Below, piece after piece: positions 9,814 through 20,561 of a stretch of 56,088 nucleotides of DNA. A program made the position numbers and the translations under genes. Position 1 is the first letter of the stretch. Each line of letters starts with the position of its first letter. A model generated the notes under the pieces. The model had not been told where the DNA came from, did no database searches, and saw only the letters and a list, made by a program, of their open reading frames with translations. This DNA is from Dehalococcoidia bacterium (GTDB lineage Bacteria; Chloroflexota; Dehalococcoidia; UBA2979), in the NCBI GenBank assembly GCA_029247135.1, contig JAQWLS010000072.1, forward strand, positions 1-56,088, in the 5' to 3' direction.

Positions 9814-10701
9814 ATGGCTGGTGGAATTAGGGCAATAAAGGATCGAATTCGGTCGGTTGCTAATACTTCCAAAGTAACGAGAGCGATGGAGCTTGTTGCT
9901 GCCTCGAAAATGCGCAGAGCGACTGATCGTGCTTTGCAGTCTAGGCCGTATGCAGATCGAATGACTTCTGTACTCGGTGAAATTGCAGATGCATTGGGTT
10001 CTACCCAAGGTGAAAGTGCTCATCCCCTTTTGACTACTAGAACGGTTAATAATGTGGTGTACATCCACATTACCGCCGATCGAGGTTTGGCGGGTGGACT
10101 GAGTGCAAATATGAACCGATCCGGTGCGTCTTTTCTTCTTGAGCATCAGCCTAATGTAGAGAGTATGACAGTTATTCCTCTCGGTAGGAAAGGCAAAGAC
10201 TTTTTCAGTCGAGCAGGAATGGTAATGGAAGATTGGCCAAGTCTCGGTGACTTTCCTGATTTTTCGGATGTGAGACCAATTGCAGCTTCAGTGATAGAGC
10301 AATTTCAGAACGGCGAGATAGATAAAGTATTTGTGGGCTTTTCACGATTCATTAATGCCGCTGTTCAGCGTCCTGAGACAGTTCAAGTTCTTCCAATTGA
10401 AGCACCGGCTGAGGAAGAAGGTGTTGAAAAGACGCTATCCGGTGATATGTTGTTCGAGCCATCGCCGATTGAATTGCTAGATACGTTGTTGCCCCGTTAT
10501 GTTGAGATGCAACTTTACGCAGCGGTATTAGAAGCACGCGCATCCGAACAGTCCGCGCGAATGGTCGCGATGCGTCAGGCAACAGATGCTGCCAATGACA
10601 TGGTTGACAGTCTTACATTGGAATATAACAAGGCCCGGCAAGAGGGTATTACAGGTGAGCTACTCGATATAGTTGGTGGTACGGCGGCGTTAGAGAAATA
10701 A
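9814..10701 (+). CDS. atpG: ATP synthase F1 subunit gamma
   Basis: TRAMELVAASK, DRGLAGG, ASEQSARMVAM, YNKARQEGITGELLDIVGG. Confidence 0.97.
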   Translation: MAGGIRAIKDRIRSVANTSKVTRAMELVAASKMRRATDRALQSRPYADRMTSVLGEIADALGSTQGESAHPLLTTRTVNNVVYIHITADRGLAGGLSANMNRSGASFLLEHQPNVESMTVIPLGRKGKDFFSRAGMVMEDWPSLGDFPDFSDVRPIAASVIEQFQNGEIDKVFVGFSRFINAAVQRPETVQVLPIEAPAEEEGVEKTLSGDMLFEPSPIELLDTLLPRYVEMQLYAAVLEARASEQSARMVAMRQATDAANDMVDSLTLEYNKARQEGITGELLDIVGGTAALEK

Positions 10702-10747
10702 GAAGAGAAATTAGGAAAGTTGGAATACTCAGAAGGAATATAGATAG

Positions 10748-12187
<1,440 letters not shown>

Positions 12188-12232
12188 TACTAACTGGTAT
12201 CAATAAAGCTAATCAAAGTGGAGTAGGAACTT

Positions 12233-12499
12233 ATGGCTCTCTCGGTAAACATTGTGACTGCAGAACAATCTATTCTGGCACAGGACGATGTGCAGAAGAT
12301 TGTGGTGCCTGCTACTGATGGTCAGATTACGATTCTTCCATCTCATGCGTCACTCATGACTAGCTTAGCTGCTGGCAGTATGACTCTGTTCGGGACAAAT
12401 GGCGTGGAGACGATAACCCTTGCAGGCGGTTTTTTACAAGTTGTGAACAATGAGGTAAATATTCTCGCTGATGTGCCTGAAGATGAAGACGAAACATAA
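12233..12499 (+). CDS. atpC: ATP synthase F1 subunit epsilon (beta-sandwich domain only)
   Basis: VNIVTAE, GQITILPSHASL, GGFLQVVNNEVNILAD; last atp gene; 88 aa. Confidence 0.92.
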   Translation: MALSVNIVTAEQSILAQDDVQKIVVPATDGQITILPSHASLMTSLAAGSMTLFGTNGVETITLAGGFLQVVNNEVNILADVPEDEDET

Positions 12500-12569
12500 C
12501 AGATTTCGCATAATCTGAAGTAAGCTATCATTCGACTGCGGTATTCGATCCTAGATCAAGTTTAGAACC

Positions 12570-13865
12570 GTGTCTTCTAAGGGGCCCACTGTGTCTGACG
12601 CTTATTTAATCACAGGATCCAATGAACTGAAGGGCACTGTGCGGGTAGCAGGATCAAAGAATGCTGCGCTTTATGCGGTGGTTGCAAGTCTGCTGACTTC
12701 TGATGAAGTGATTCTACATAATGTTCCTGATATTGCAGATATAGAAGAACTATCTGACATTCTTCGATCACTTGGCACTCTTGTTCGTCGCGAGAATAAA
12801 TCCCTGATATTACAAAGCAAGACTATTATTTCTACTAAACCACCAGGTGAGCTAGTTCAGAAATTGCGCGCGTCTTTTTTGGTGGTAGGAGCTTTGCTTG
12901 GACGAGTAGGGTCAGCTGAGTGTGCTGCCCCAGGCGGTGATGTAATTGGTTCACGTCCGTTGGATATTCATTTAACTGGATTTAGAGCGCTAGGTGCAGA
13001 GATTGAGCATGACGAGACCAACTGGATCGTGTCCTCGAGTTCTCCGCTATCTGGCGCATCTATCTTTTTTGATTACCCAAGCGTGCTGGCCACGGTGAAT
13101 GTGCTATTAGCTGCAGTTTTGGCCAATGGAGTCACCATAATTGTCAATGCTGCCGCTGAACCAGAAGTTGAAATGGTAGCGAATATGCTAAATCAAATGG
13201 GTGCAAATATTTCAGGTCAGGGTACGGCTCACATAAAGATTTCTGGAGTACACAAACTCCACGGTTGTGACTTCACTATAATTCCGGATCGACTAGAAGC
13301 TGGAACTCTGTTGCTAAGTGCTATTGCCACGAGAGGCGAGGTGCTTATTTCGAATGCAGTGCCTGAGCATTTGAGCAGTCTCACGTCTAAGTTATTAGAA
13401 ATGGGGGCTGAGGTACAGATGGATGTTCAGTCGGATGACGGGGATACAGGAATTCACGTATCAGGTGCTACCAAGCTTCAATCAGTCGCACTTCAGGCGG
13501 TACCCTATCCAGGCTTCGCCACTGACTTGCACCCACCTATGGCCTCTGCGTTGACTCAGGTCACAGGAGTCTCTTTTATTCATGAGCGCGTTTATGACAA
13601 TAGAACCCTGTACGTTAGCGAGCTGAGAAAAATGGGCGCACAAATCACCCTTGGGAGCAGCTCTTCTGTCCTAATTGAAGGACCTTCCCAGTTACGCGGG
13701 ACTCGCGTAAAGGCGCTTGATATTCGGGCTGGCGCAGCGGTAGTTGTTGCGGCGTTAGCTGCCGAAGGCGTCACTACCCTCGAAGATATATTTCACCTTG
13801 ATCGTGGATATGAGAACCTAGCAGGTACCTTATCGAGTATCGGTGGAAAGATTGAACGGGTTTAG
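12570..13865 (+). CDS. murA: UDP-N-acetylglucosamine 1-carboxyvinyltransferase
   Basis: GSKNAAL, LRAS, PGGDVIGSRP, NAAAEPE, PDRLEAGT, PYPGFATD, DIRAGA, HLDRGYE. Confidence 0.96.
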   Translation: MSSKGPTVSDAYLITGSNELKGTVRVAGSKNAALYAVVASLLTSDEVILHNVPDIADIEELSDILRSLGTLVRRENKSLILQSKTIISTKPPGELVQKLRASFLVVGALLGRVGSAECAAPGGDVIGSRPLDIHLTGFRALGAEIEHDETNWIVSSSSPLSGASIFFDYPSVLATVNVLLAAVLANGVTIIVNAAAEPEVEMVANMLNQMGANISGQGTAHIKISGVHKLHGCDFTIIPDRLEAGTLLLSAIATRGEVLISNAVPEHLSSLTSKLLEMGAEVQMDVQSDDGDTGIHVSGATKLQSVALQAVPYPGFATDLHPPMASALTQVTGVSFIHERVYDNRTLYVSELRKMGAQITLGSSSSVLIEGPSQLRGTRVKALDIRAGAAVVVAALAAEGVTTLEDIFHLDRGYENLAGTLSSIGGKIERV

Positions 13866-13867
13866 AT

Positions 13868-14188
13868 TTATTGAATAGGTGATAATGGGGTAGGCTCTAG
13901 TCGAGTGACATTCACTTTTTCACGGTCCATTAGGTCTGGAATTTGTGGTCCAATTTCATCTTTCCAATAGTCGCTCTCATACACTTCTTTATATAGCCGT
14001 TCTCGCTCCGATTCATTTTCAAATCGTCGCATCCAAATATAGATATTTTCATCCTCTTCGCCTGTGAATGACCCCAGAATAACCATTCCTTTTGATACTT
14101 GAAACGGTATGATTTTATCTTCCATCAAGCGTACCCATTCATCTTTTTTACCATCACGGATGTGGTATTGTCTGAGTTCCCAAAGCAT
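13868..14188 (-). CDS. NIPSNAP family protein
   Basis: ELRQY start, YIWMRRF, C-terminal LEPTPLSP; 106 aa. Confidence 0.8.
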   Translation of the reverse strand: MLWELRQYHIRDGKKDEWVRLMEDKIIPFQVSKGMVILGSFTGEEDENIYIWMRRFENESERERLYKEVYESDYWKDEIGPQIPDLMDREKVNVTRLEPTPLSPIQ

Positions 14189-14257
14189 ATTTAGCCCTTT
14201 CGTAGCGAAGTTGTCTAGTTTGTTTGATTATAGGGTTTTCTGATGCACAAGTCCCTG

Positions 14258-16777
14258 TTATGAGAGATCAACTGCGGGTTCACTCCAGACAATTTGCGTT
14301 TTGCGCAATTTAGTAATGGCCTTTTGATTATAGCCAAGTTCTTTCAGGATGCTTGACGTTTGTTCTCCCGCCATTGGTGCAGGTCCTAGAGAGTTTGGGG
14401 TACGTCTGAGTCGAACGACTGGACCATAACGGGTATATGGACCATGTTCACTGTGTTCAACACTTTTCGTATATTCATTGACTTGAACATGTTTATCTCG
14501 AAGCCAAAATTCACCAGGAGTAGAGCCATCAGCCCGCACACAGCCCAGTCCAGCAGTGGCCAATAATAATTCCCAGTTATCAGCGGTATCTGTTAGGAAT
14601 AGATTTTCTAACAACGATTCCAGCGCAGACCTATTTTCAGCACGTGCATCACTTGTTCTAAATCTTCGATCGATTGCTAGTTCCGGACTTTCAATGATGT
14701 TGCAAAATTGGTACCACTCTTTTTCAAGGACTAATCCTAGAAATACCCAGCCCTCACTGCATTTATATAGCCGATAAGTCGCGCCTATTCCCATTAGTTC
14801 GTCGTCTAGCTTCGGGCGATCAGGCTTACCGTCATACCAGATGAAGTCGTCAGCATTTGCCCATGCGTTTGCGCCCATCATATCTACAAATATTTCCTGT
14901 CCTCGCTTAGTTTTCAGTCTGTTGTAGAGTCCCATCATCGCGACGGAGGTAATCACAGCCGTAGTATTTGGATCAGGATTGACCTCGTTTGCTCGGGTGA
15001 GACGTCGAGCGGCCTCTCGAAGATCATCTATATTGTCTGTATTTTCCTGAATATGTCCGGCTTGATAAAAGGCACCACCAAGCGCTGCCCCAGGTATTGG
15101 GTGCGTGGAGGGCCTATGTGAGCTGGGTCCATGACTCCCATATCCGTTCATGGTGACGTAAATAATCTCGGGATTCACCTTAATAGCGTCTTCATATGAT
15201 ATTTCTAATTTTTCTGGCACGCCCGGACGATAATTATGAATTACGATGTCAGCTTTTTCAAGTAATTTTGTAACAATGGCTCGTCCTTCGTCTTGTTTCA
15301 AATCGACGACGATGCTTTCTTTACCTGCATTTGTCTTCATTGCTGAGATACCCCCGCGACCCATACCTCGAAAAGGATCTCCGCCAGGTTGTTCTATTTT
15401 TATCACACGAGCACCAAGGTCAGCAAGATGAGCTGAGGCGAGAGGGCCCGCAATGATAGTTGCAAAATCCAATACCAGTACTCCATCAAGAGCGGGTGAA
15501 CCTGAATGGTCACCGCTGGTAAATGGTAGCCATGGTTGGCGGGGTGATTTTACTTCTTGATCGAATACCTCAAAGGTATGTTGCCCAGGATTAGGGATTA
15601 TGCCATTAATTTCAGCGGGGGTTTTTGTAAAGCGAGCGAGGGGACCAAGCTGTTTCATGGGTGGTCTGTCCTGATCGGTTTCGCCAAACATACCGAGCAC
15701 GGCTTCAGTTACAGACGTGGTTTCCTTAAGTCGCGGTCCTCTCCCGTCTGGGAGTTCAACTACATGTCCATTTTCAGTTAAATCAGGATCAGTGAGAGCT
15801 GATTGCGTTGTTTGCCAAGGATGAGCCACGACTCCGCCATGGTCCGAGAATATTTGCATCCATTCGTCGGTGGTTTTTTCTCGCATACGCAGCAGCATTG
15901 CATTTCGAAATTCTTCTCGGGCTTCTTCCGGCCACTCAAAAGGAGGGCCTTCATAGCGCTCGTCTCCATAAATTTGAAAGAGCTCGGCCGCAACTATGAA
16001 ATTTTCAAAAAGATGTTGAAGTAGATTGCCTAATTGAATCCAGTCACCATCTTTTGTTTGAACTGGGTGATAGTTAATCGTGGGCATAGCAACAGCGGGC
16101 GACGGAAACATATTTAGCATATCCTCCCATGAGTCTGGATCTTTTTCTATTAGACTTTGTAGCGTCAGTCCCGCCAAGTCATAAGGGAGTAAACCTTGTA
16201 ACAGACTTGTTTCGACATATTGCCCAAAGCCAATACGTTCGCGAGCATATAGTGCAGCAAAAATTCCCGTGATCGCAGCTTGCGATGTCGCATGTGATGA
16301 GGCTTGTACCGCCGAGTATGTAGGGCCTTCACGAGGTGCGAGCCCACTGAATGCTTGCATTCGGCCTGCTTTAGCAGCCACTACACCCTCATAGCCTGGA
16401 TAACCTACATATGGACCATAAGGTCCAAATCCAGATATCTGGCAGTAGACTAGGCCGGCATTTCGGCTTGCAAGTACGTCGTAATCGCAACCTAGATCTA
16501 CGGCGGAGTGCGCACGGAAGGAGGTAAGTACGACATCAGTAGTCTCTACTAACCGATACAATCGTTCACGTTCCACTTCGCGTTTCAAATCTAGTTCTAC
16601 GGAGCGTTTACCGCGGAGCCACATGGGGGCATTAATTGCGGTCCTAAAAGGATCGCCGCCCGGCCGTTCAATTTTGATGACGTCGGCACCAAAATCAGTT
16701 AGGGCCATAGTGGCCATACCACCTACGGGGCCAGACGATAAATCAAGGACGCGAAGATGTTTAAGTGGTAATTCCAT
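14258..16777 (-). CDS. Tandem two-domain class III CoA-transferase (CaiB/BaiF x2)
   Basis: Two copies of the family pattern: RVLDLS..DFGADVIKIERPGGDPFR..RGKRS and VLDFAT..DLGARVIKIEQPGGDPFR..NAGKES. Confidence 0.92.
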   Translation of the reverse strand: MELPLKHLRVLDLSSGPVGGMATMALTDFGADVIKIERPGGDPFRTAINAPMWLRGKRSVELDLKREVERERLYRLVETTDVVLTSFRAHSAVDLGCDYDVLASRNAGLVYCQISGFGPYGPYVGYPGYEGVVAAKAGRMQAFSGLAPREGPTYSAVQASSHATSQAAITGIFAALYARERIGFGQYVETSLLQGLLPYDLAGLTLQSLIEKDPDSWEDMLNMFPSPAVAMPTINYHPVQTKDGDWIQLGNLLQHLFENFIVAAELFQIYGDERYEGPPFEWPEEAREEFRNAMLLRMREKTTDEWMQIFSDHGGVVAHPWQTTQSALTDPDLTENGHVVELPDGRGPRLKETTSVTEAVLGMFGETDQDRPPMKQLGPLARFTKTPAEINGIIPNPGQHTFEVFDQEVKSPRQPWLPFTSGDHSGSPALDGVLVLDFATIIAGPLASAHLADLGARVIKIEQPGGDPFRGMGRGGISAMKTNAGKESIVVDLKQDEGRAIVTKLLEKADIVIHNYRPGVPEKLEISYEDAIKVNPEIIYVTMNGYGSHGPSSHRPSTHPIPGAALGGAFYQAGHIQENTDNIDDLREAARRLTRANEVNPDPNTTAVITSVAMMGLYNRLKTKRGQEIFVDMMGANAWANADDFIWYDGKPDRPKLDDELMGIGATYRLYKCSEGWVFLGLVLEKEWYQFCNIIESPELAIDRRFRTSDARAENRSALESLLENLFLTDTADNWELLLATAGLGCVRADGSTPGEFWLRDKHVQVNEYTKSVEHSEHGPYTRYGPVVRLRRTPNSLGPAPMAGEQTSSILKELGYNQKAITKLRKTQIVWSEPAVDLS

Positions 16778-16783
16778 AAACGT

Positions 16784-16789
16784 AGCCTA
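16784..16789 (-). promoter_or_regulatory. -10 element (TAGGCT) 6 nt before ATG; possible leaderless transcript
   Basis: Minus strand TAGGCT-acgttt-ATG with no SD motif. Confidence 0.4.
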
Positions 16790-16823
16790 TCTTGAATAGC
16801 CTCAAAATGCGATCATTTTAGCT

Positions 16824-17924
16824 TCATTGCAGTACTTCTTGTATCTCAACCACTCTTTTTTCTTGAACTGATTTTTCGGCAGCCAGTCCCATGACAACTG
16901 ACCATAGGCCATCATCGGCAGTTACCTGCGGTGGTTGATTATTCATTATTGCCTCAATAAACCCAAGGTGCTCATAATAAGTTGCGCCACCGTGTCCGGA
17001 TGCAATATCTGACTGAATGGGCACATTGATTTTTTTGATTCGACTGGGATTCCGATAGTCGCCGAGTTTCCAGTCGGGCCAGGAGTCTTCTCTTAGACCG
17101 ATTGTTACTGTAGAGGATGGCTGGCGGCATTCTATTTTTCCAGCTTCACCTACAATCTGAATTTCTGTTTGTTCTGTGCTTTGTTCAGCAAACATGCAGA
17201 GATCGAGCATCGCTCGGGCCCCTGAATCGAAGTCAACAATTACAAAGGCATTGTCTAAAATATCTGGAGTTTCACTATCGTAGCTTTCATTTTTATGGTT
17301 GAGCCCAATACTTCCTGATCCGAAGACCGAGACAGGATCGGACTTTAAGATAAATCGCATCAGGTCAAAGAAGTGACAGCATTTTTCAACCAGAGTTCCA
17401 CCGGTGTTCCGATTGAACCGATTCCAGTCACCTATTTTCGGCAGGAAGGGGTGTCGATGCTCACGAATAGATAACATGTGAATTTGCCCGATCGTTCCTA
17501 AATGGGCTTCATTTATAGCGTAGCTGACTGGGGGCGCATATCTATATTCCATACCTGTCCAGACGACGCCTGGATAATTGTGTAACAGATCTGAAATCAT
17601 TTTTGCATCTTTGATTGATGTGGCTAAGGGTTTTTCGATCAAAATATGTTGGTTATTGTGAATCAGTTTCGGAAGCATTTCAGCATGTGTGTGGTTTGGT
17701 GAGGAAATAATCAGAGCATCAATATCGTCTCTCTTGCAGAATTTATCAAAATCGTCGTAGGCTTTTGCAGTTGGTATGAGCTCTGATGCTTGAGTGCGGG
17801 AGGTTTGATCGGGGTCGTAAAAGGCGGCAACTTCAACGTTTGGGATTAGTGAGAGTATTCGAATGTGCTCTCGACCCATTAAGCCCACTCCTACGATTCC
17901 ATACCGAAGGATTCGATCATTCAT
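16824..17924 (-). CDS. Gfo/Idh/MocA family oxidoreductase
   Basis: GIVGVGLMG, SSPNHTH, LIEKPLA, GGTLVEKCCHFFDL. Confidence 0.9.
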   Translation of the reverse strand: MNDRILRYGIVGVGLMGREHIRILSLIPNVEVAAFYDPDQTSRTQASELIPTAKAYDDFDKFCKRDDIDALIISSPNHTHAEMLPKLIHNNQHILIEKPLATSIKDAKMISDLLHNYPGVVWTGMEYRYAPPVSYAINEAHLGTIGQIHMLSIREHRHPFLPKIGDWNRFNRNTGGTLVEKCCHFFDLMRFILKSDPVSVFGSGSIGLNHKNESYDSETPDILDNAFVIVDFDSGARAMLDLCMFAEQSTEQTEIQIVGEAGKIECRQPSSTVTIGLREDSWPDWKLGDYRNPSRIKKINVPIQSDIASGHGGATYYEHLGFIEAIMNNQPPQVTADDGLWSVVMGLAAEKSVQEKRVVEIQEVLQ

Positions 17925-17958
17925 TTGCTAATCTCCGGTCCTTAGCTTTTGGCTAGTG

Positions 17959-18759
17959 TTAGTGGTTTTTAGGTTGTCGATCTGGCCCCGGAGGGCCAGC
18001 AAAAGCTTGAGCTATTTTTAGATATTCGGAAGCACTTTTACCCTCACTTTTTATTTGAGTATCGTCTAGATGTAATCTTCTTGTGACTACCCGACAAAAT
18101 TCACTTGCAGAGCCGGTAATGCGATTTTTTGCTTCGGGATCACCCCATTCCCATATATCGCCAGACGGTGATATTAATTCAACTCTGATTTCCGTAGTCG
18201 GTACATCAAGACCACGGTTTTGATAGGCAAACCCTCGGGTGATGACTCCAAGATGGGCTACGTGTAACAAACGGTCTGAGTCAACAGGAGTAATTTTTGC
18301 AGCATCAAGCGCATCTAGACCGTGCGACCAACACTCCATTAAGCGAGCAGTCGCGAAAGACCGAACGGACATGGGTGGTCCAGCCCAAGGTAATCGATCC
18401 TTGGCATCAAGTTTTCTGAGTGCGTCGTTCTGTTCTTTTCTAACTCTTCGCCACCAAGCCAATAATTCTGGAATTGATAAATTCCTAGCTTGTCTTTGTC
18501 GATCATTTTGAAGAGTATCTTTGGGAGTATTTGTTTGATCAGAAGGCGCTCTGACCGGCATTTCTTTTTTTGTTGCGACATGTGCGGCAGTTTCGTCGAC
18601 ATCAGCAAGATGAGAGATACAGTCACGTAAAAGCCAGCCATCCGCTGGAGATTTATTTTCCCAAGTGTCTAAGTCTATGTCTGCGAGGGCTCCATCTAGG
18701 TAGTCCTGCTCATCCTTAAGATCGTCCAGTAATTGAGTCATTGCGTCTTTATTTTTCAT
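17959..18759 (-). CDS. Maleylpyruvate-isomerase/DinB-superfamily metal-binding protein (TIGR03084-like)
   Basis: SPADGW..RDCISHLA, LPWAGPPMS..ATARLMECWSHGLD, HVAHLGV, WEWG, AQAFAGPPG; start chosen at ATG 18759. Confidence 0.82.
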   Translation of the reverse strand: MKNKDAMTQLLDDLKDEQDYLDGALADIDLDTWENKSPADGWLLRDCISHLADVDETAAHVATKKEMPVRAPSDQTNTPKDTLQNDRQRQARNLSIPELLAWWRRVRKEQNDALRKLDAKDRLPWAGPPMSVRSFATARLMECWSHGLDALDAAKITPVDSDRLLHVAHLGVITRGFAYQNRGLDVPTTEIRVELISPSGDIWEWGDPEAKNRITGSASEFCRVVTRRLHLDDTQIKSEGKSASEYLKIAQAFAGPPGPDRQPKNH

Positions 18760-18766
18760 GATTCTG

Positions 18767-18772
18767 AGTTTA
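18767..18772 (-). promoter_or_regulatory. -10 element (TAAACT) 7 nt before ATG; possible leaderless transcript
   Basis: Minus strand TAAACT-cagaatc-ATG with no SD motif. Confidence 0.4.
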
Positions 18773-18874
18773 GCGCTGAAAGCCATTTTCCACATGCATT
18801 TATTTGCTGACGTACGGAACTTTTTTTGTTACTCTTTTGACGCAATGTATACATGAGGGATTGGTAGGTATTTA

Positions 18875-20047
18875 ATGTCAGATCATCCGATGCGCGGAAG
18901 AACAGCAATATCAGGACTGGGTGAAACCAAATATTACAAGCGTGCGATGGCTCCAGATGGTGAATTCAAGATGTGCTTGGAAGCGATTTTGTTAGCTTGT
19001 GAAGACGCTGGTATTGACCCCAGGGATATTGATGGGTTTTGCTCTTATTCCAACGAACGATCTTCTCCGGATCGGATAGCGGCTGCTCTTGATATTAAAG
19101 AGATGCGCTTATCAAATATGTTTTGGGGTGGCGGTGGCGGTGGCGGTTCAGGTGCACTGGCTAACGCGGTCTCAGCAATTATTTCTGGCCAATGTGAGGT
19201 AGTTGTCGTGTATCGTGCCTTGGCCCAAGGTCAATTTGGGAGATTTGGGCAGGGCGCCGTTGTAAATGAAGTAAATAATGATGGTAAATGGACTGCTCCA
19301 TTTGGATTAATGTCACCTGCTCAATCATTTGCTATGCGTGTCAGAAGATTTATGCACGAAAATGGTGTTCAGCAAGAAGCACTTCGAGCAATTTCTATGG
19401 CGTCTTATCACCATGCCCAGCAAAATCCTCGGGCAGTTATGCATGGCAGGGAACTGACAGAAGAAATTTATGATCAGTCCAGATGGATTGTTGAACCTTT
19501 TCATCTGTTCGATTGCTGCATGGAGAATGATGGTGCGGCTGCAATTATCGTGACGTCGGTGGAGCGTGCCCGAGACTTAAAGCCGACGCCCGCAGTGGTT
19601 TTGGCAGCGGCTCAGGGGTCGACAGCCCGAAATCAGGCTCCAGCTCATAATGCGGACATATATGCCACATCAAATTTTCAGCATGTTGGGAAGCGGTTGT
19701 ACGAGATTGCGGGCCTAACTCCTAACGATGTCGATGTATCTCAGGTTTATGAGAATTTCACAGGCGGAGTTATGATGAGCATCGTTGAGCATGGCCTTTG
19801 CTCAGCTGATGAAGTAAACGACATATTTACCCTTGAGAATTTTAAGTCCACAGGTAAACTGCCTATTAATACAAGTGGAGGAAATCTAGCCGAGTGCTAT
19901 ATGCATGGCTTGGAATTGATTATTGAGGCAGCCCGACAAATTCGCGGGCAGTCTCCCAATCAGGTATCGGATGCCGAGGTGGCTCTAGTTGCGTCTGGCC
20001 CGATGGTGACTCCGGTAAGTAGTTGTATTTTGGGGGTAGATCGATGA
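18875..20047 (+). CDS. Thiolase-like protein (SCP2/Ltp2-type lipid-transfer protein, probable aldolase)
   Basis: AISGLGET, HAQQNPRA, DCCMENDGAAA, YENFT, PINTSGGNLAECYMHG, EAARQIRG. Confidence 0.88.
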   Translation: MSDHPMRGRTAISGLGETKYYKRAMAPDGEFKMCLEAILLACEDAGIDPRDIDGFCSYSNERSSPDRIAAALDIKEMRLSNMFWGGGGGGGSGALANAVSAIISGQCEVVVVYRALAQGQFGRFGQGAVVNEVNNDGKWTAPFGLMSPAQSFAMRVRRFMHENGVQQEALRAISMASYHHAQQNPRAVMHGRELTEEIYDQSRWIVEPFHLFDCCMENDGAAAIIVTSVERARDLKPTPAVVLAAAQGSTARNQAPAHNADIYATSNFQHVGKRLYEIAGLTPNDVDVSQVYENFTGGVMMSIVEHGLCSADEVNDIFTLENFKSTGKLPINTSGGNLAECYMHGLELIIEAARQIRGQSPNQVSDAEVALVASGPMVTPVSSCILGVDR

Positions 20048-20526
20048 CGACAGGTGAACTTTCTCAGTGGCATGCTTCTGAACCAGATAACTATTTACCG
20101 CCTGGGCTCGCGGCTCCGAGGCCTTGGCAAGATGGCTTAGATACCCCTTATTGGGATGCGATTGAACGAAATAGTTTAGTAGTACAATATTGCGATTCTT
20201 GCGACGCTCATCAATGGGGACCGGAATGGATTTGTCACAGATGTCACAAATTTGATCTTGAATATGTGGAGATCGAGCCGAAGGGTAAAATTTATTCTTG
20301 GGAGAGGGTTTGGCATCCGGTGCACCCCGCTCTTCAAGCGAGTTGTCCTTATATGGTTGTGCTAGTTGAACTACCAGGCGCAGATAATGTTCGTATGGTG
20401 GGAAACCTACTCGGTGATCCATTGCGGCCTATAACTATCGGCGAGGAAGTAGAAGCAGTCTTTGAACATCACAAGGACGTTGATCCACCATATACGTTAG
20501 TCCAGTGGAAACGTGTTGGAGATTGA
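20044..20526 (+). CDS. DUF35 zinc-ribbon/OB-fold protein (thiolase partner)
   Basis: PYWDA, CDSC..CHRC, GKIYSW, PY.VVLVEL, RMVGNL; ATGA overlap with upstream gene. Confidence 0.9.
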   Translation: MTTGELSQWHASEPDNYLPPGLAAPRPWQDGLDTPYWDAIERNSLVVQYCDSCDAHQWGPEWICHRCHKFDLEYVEIEPKGKIYSWERVWHPVHPALQASCPYMVVLVELPGADNVRMVGNLLGDPLRPITIGEEVEAVFEHHKDVDPPYTLVQWKRVGD

Positions 20527-20561
20527 ACTACTCGCGAGTGTTTGGTCGGATGATTTCTTCG

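Noticed and set aside
19125-19150. GGTGGCGGTGGCGGTGGCGGT microsatellite as a phase-variation tract
   Set aside because: In-frame Gly codons in a Gly-rich loop typical of this thiolase-like family; unit changes would not shift the frame
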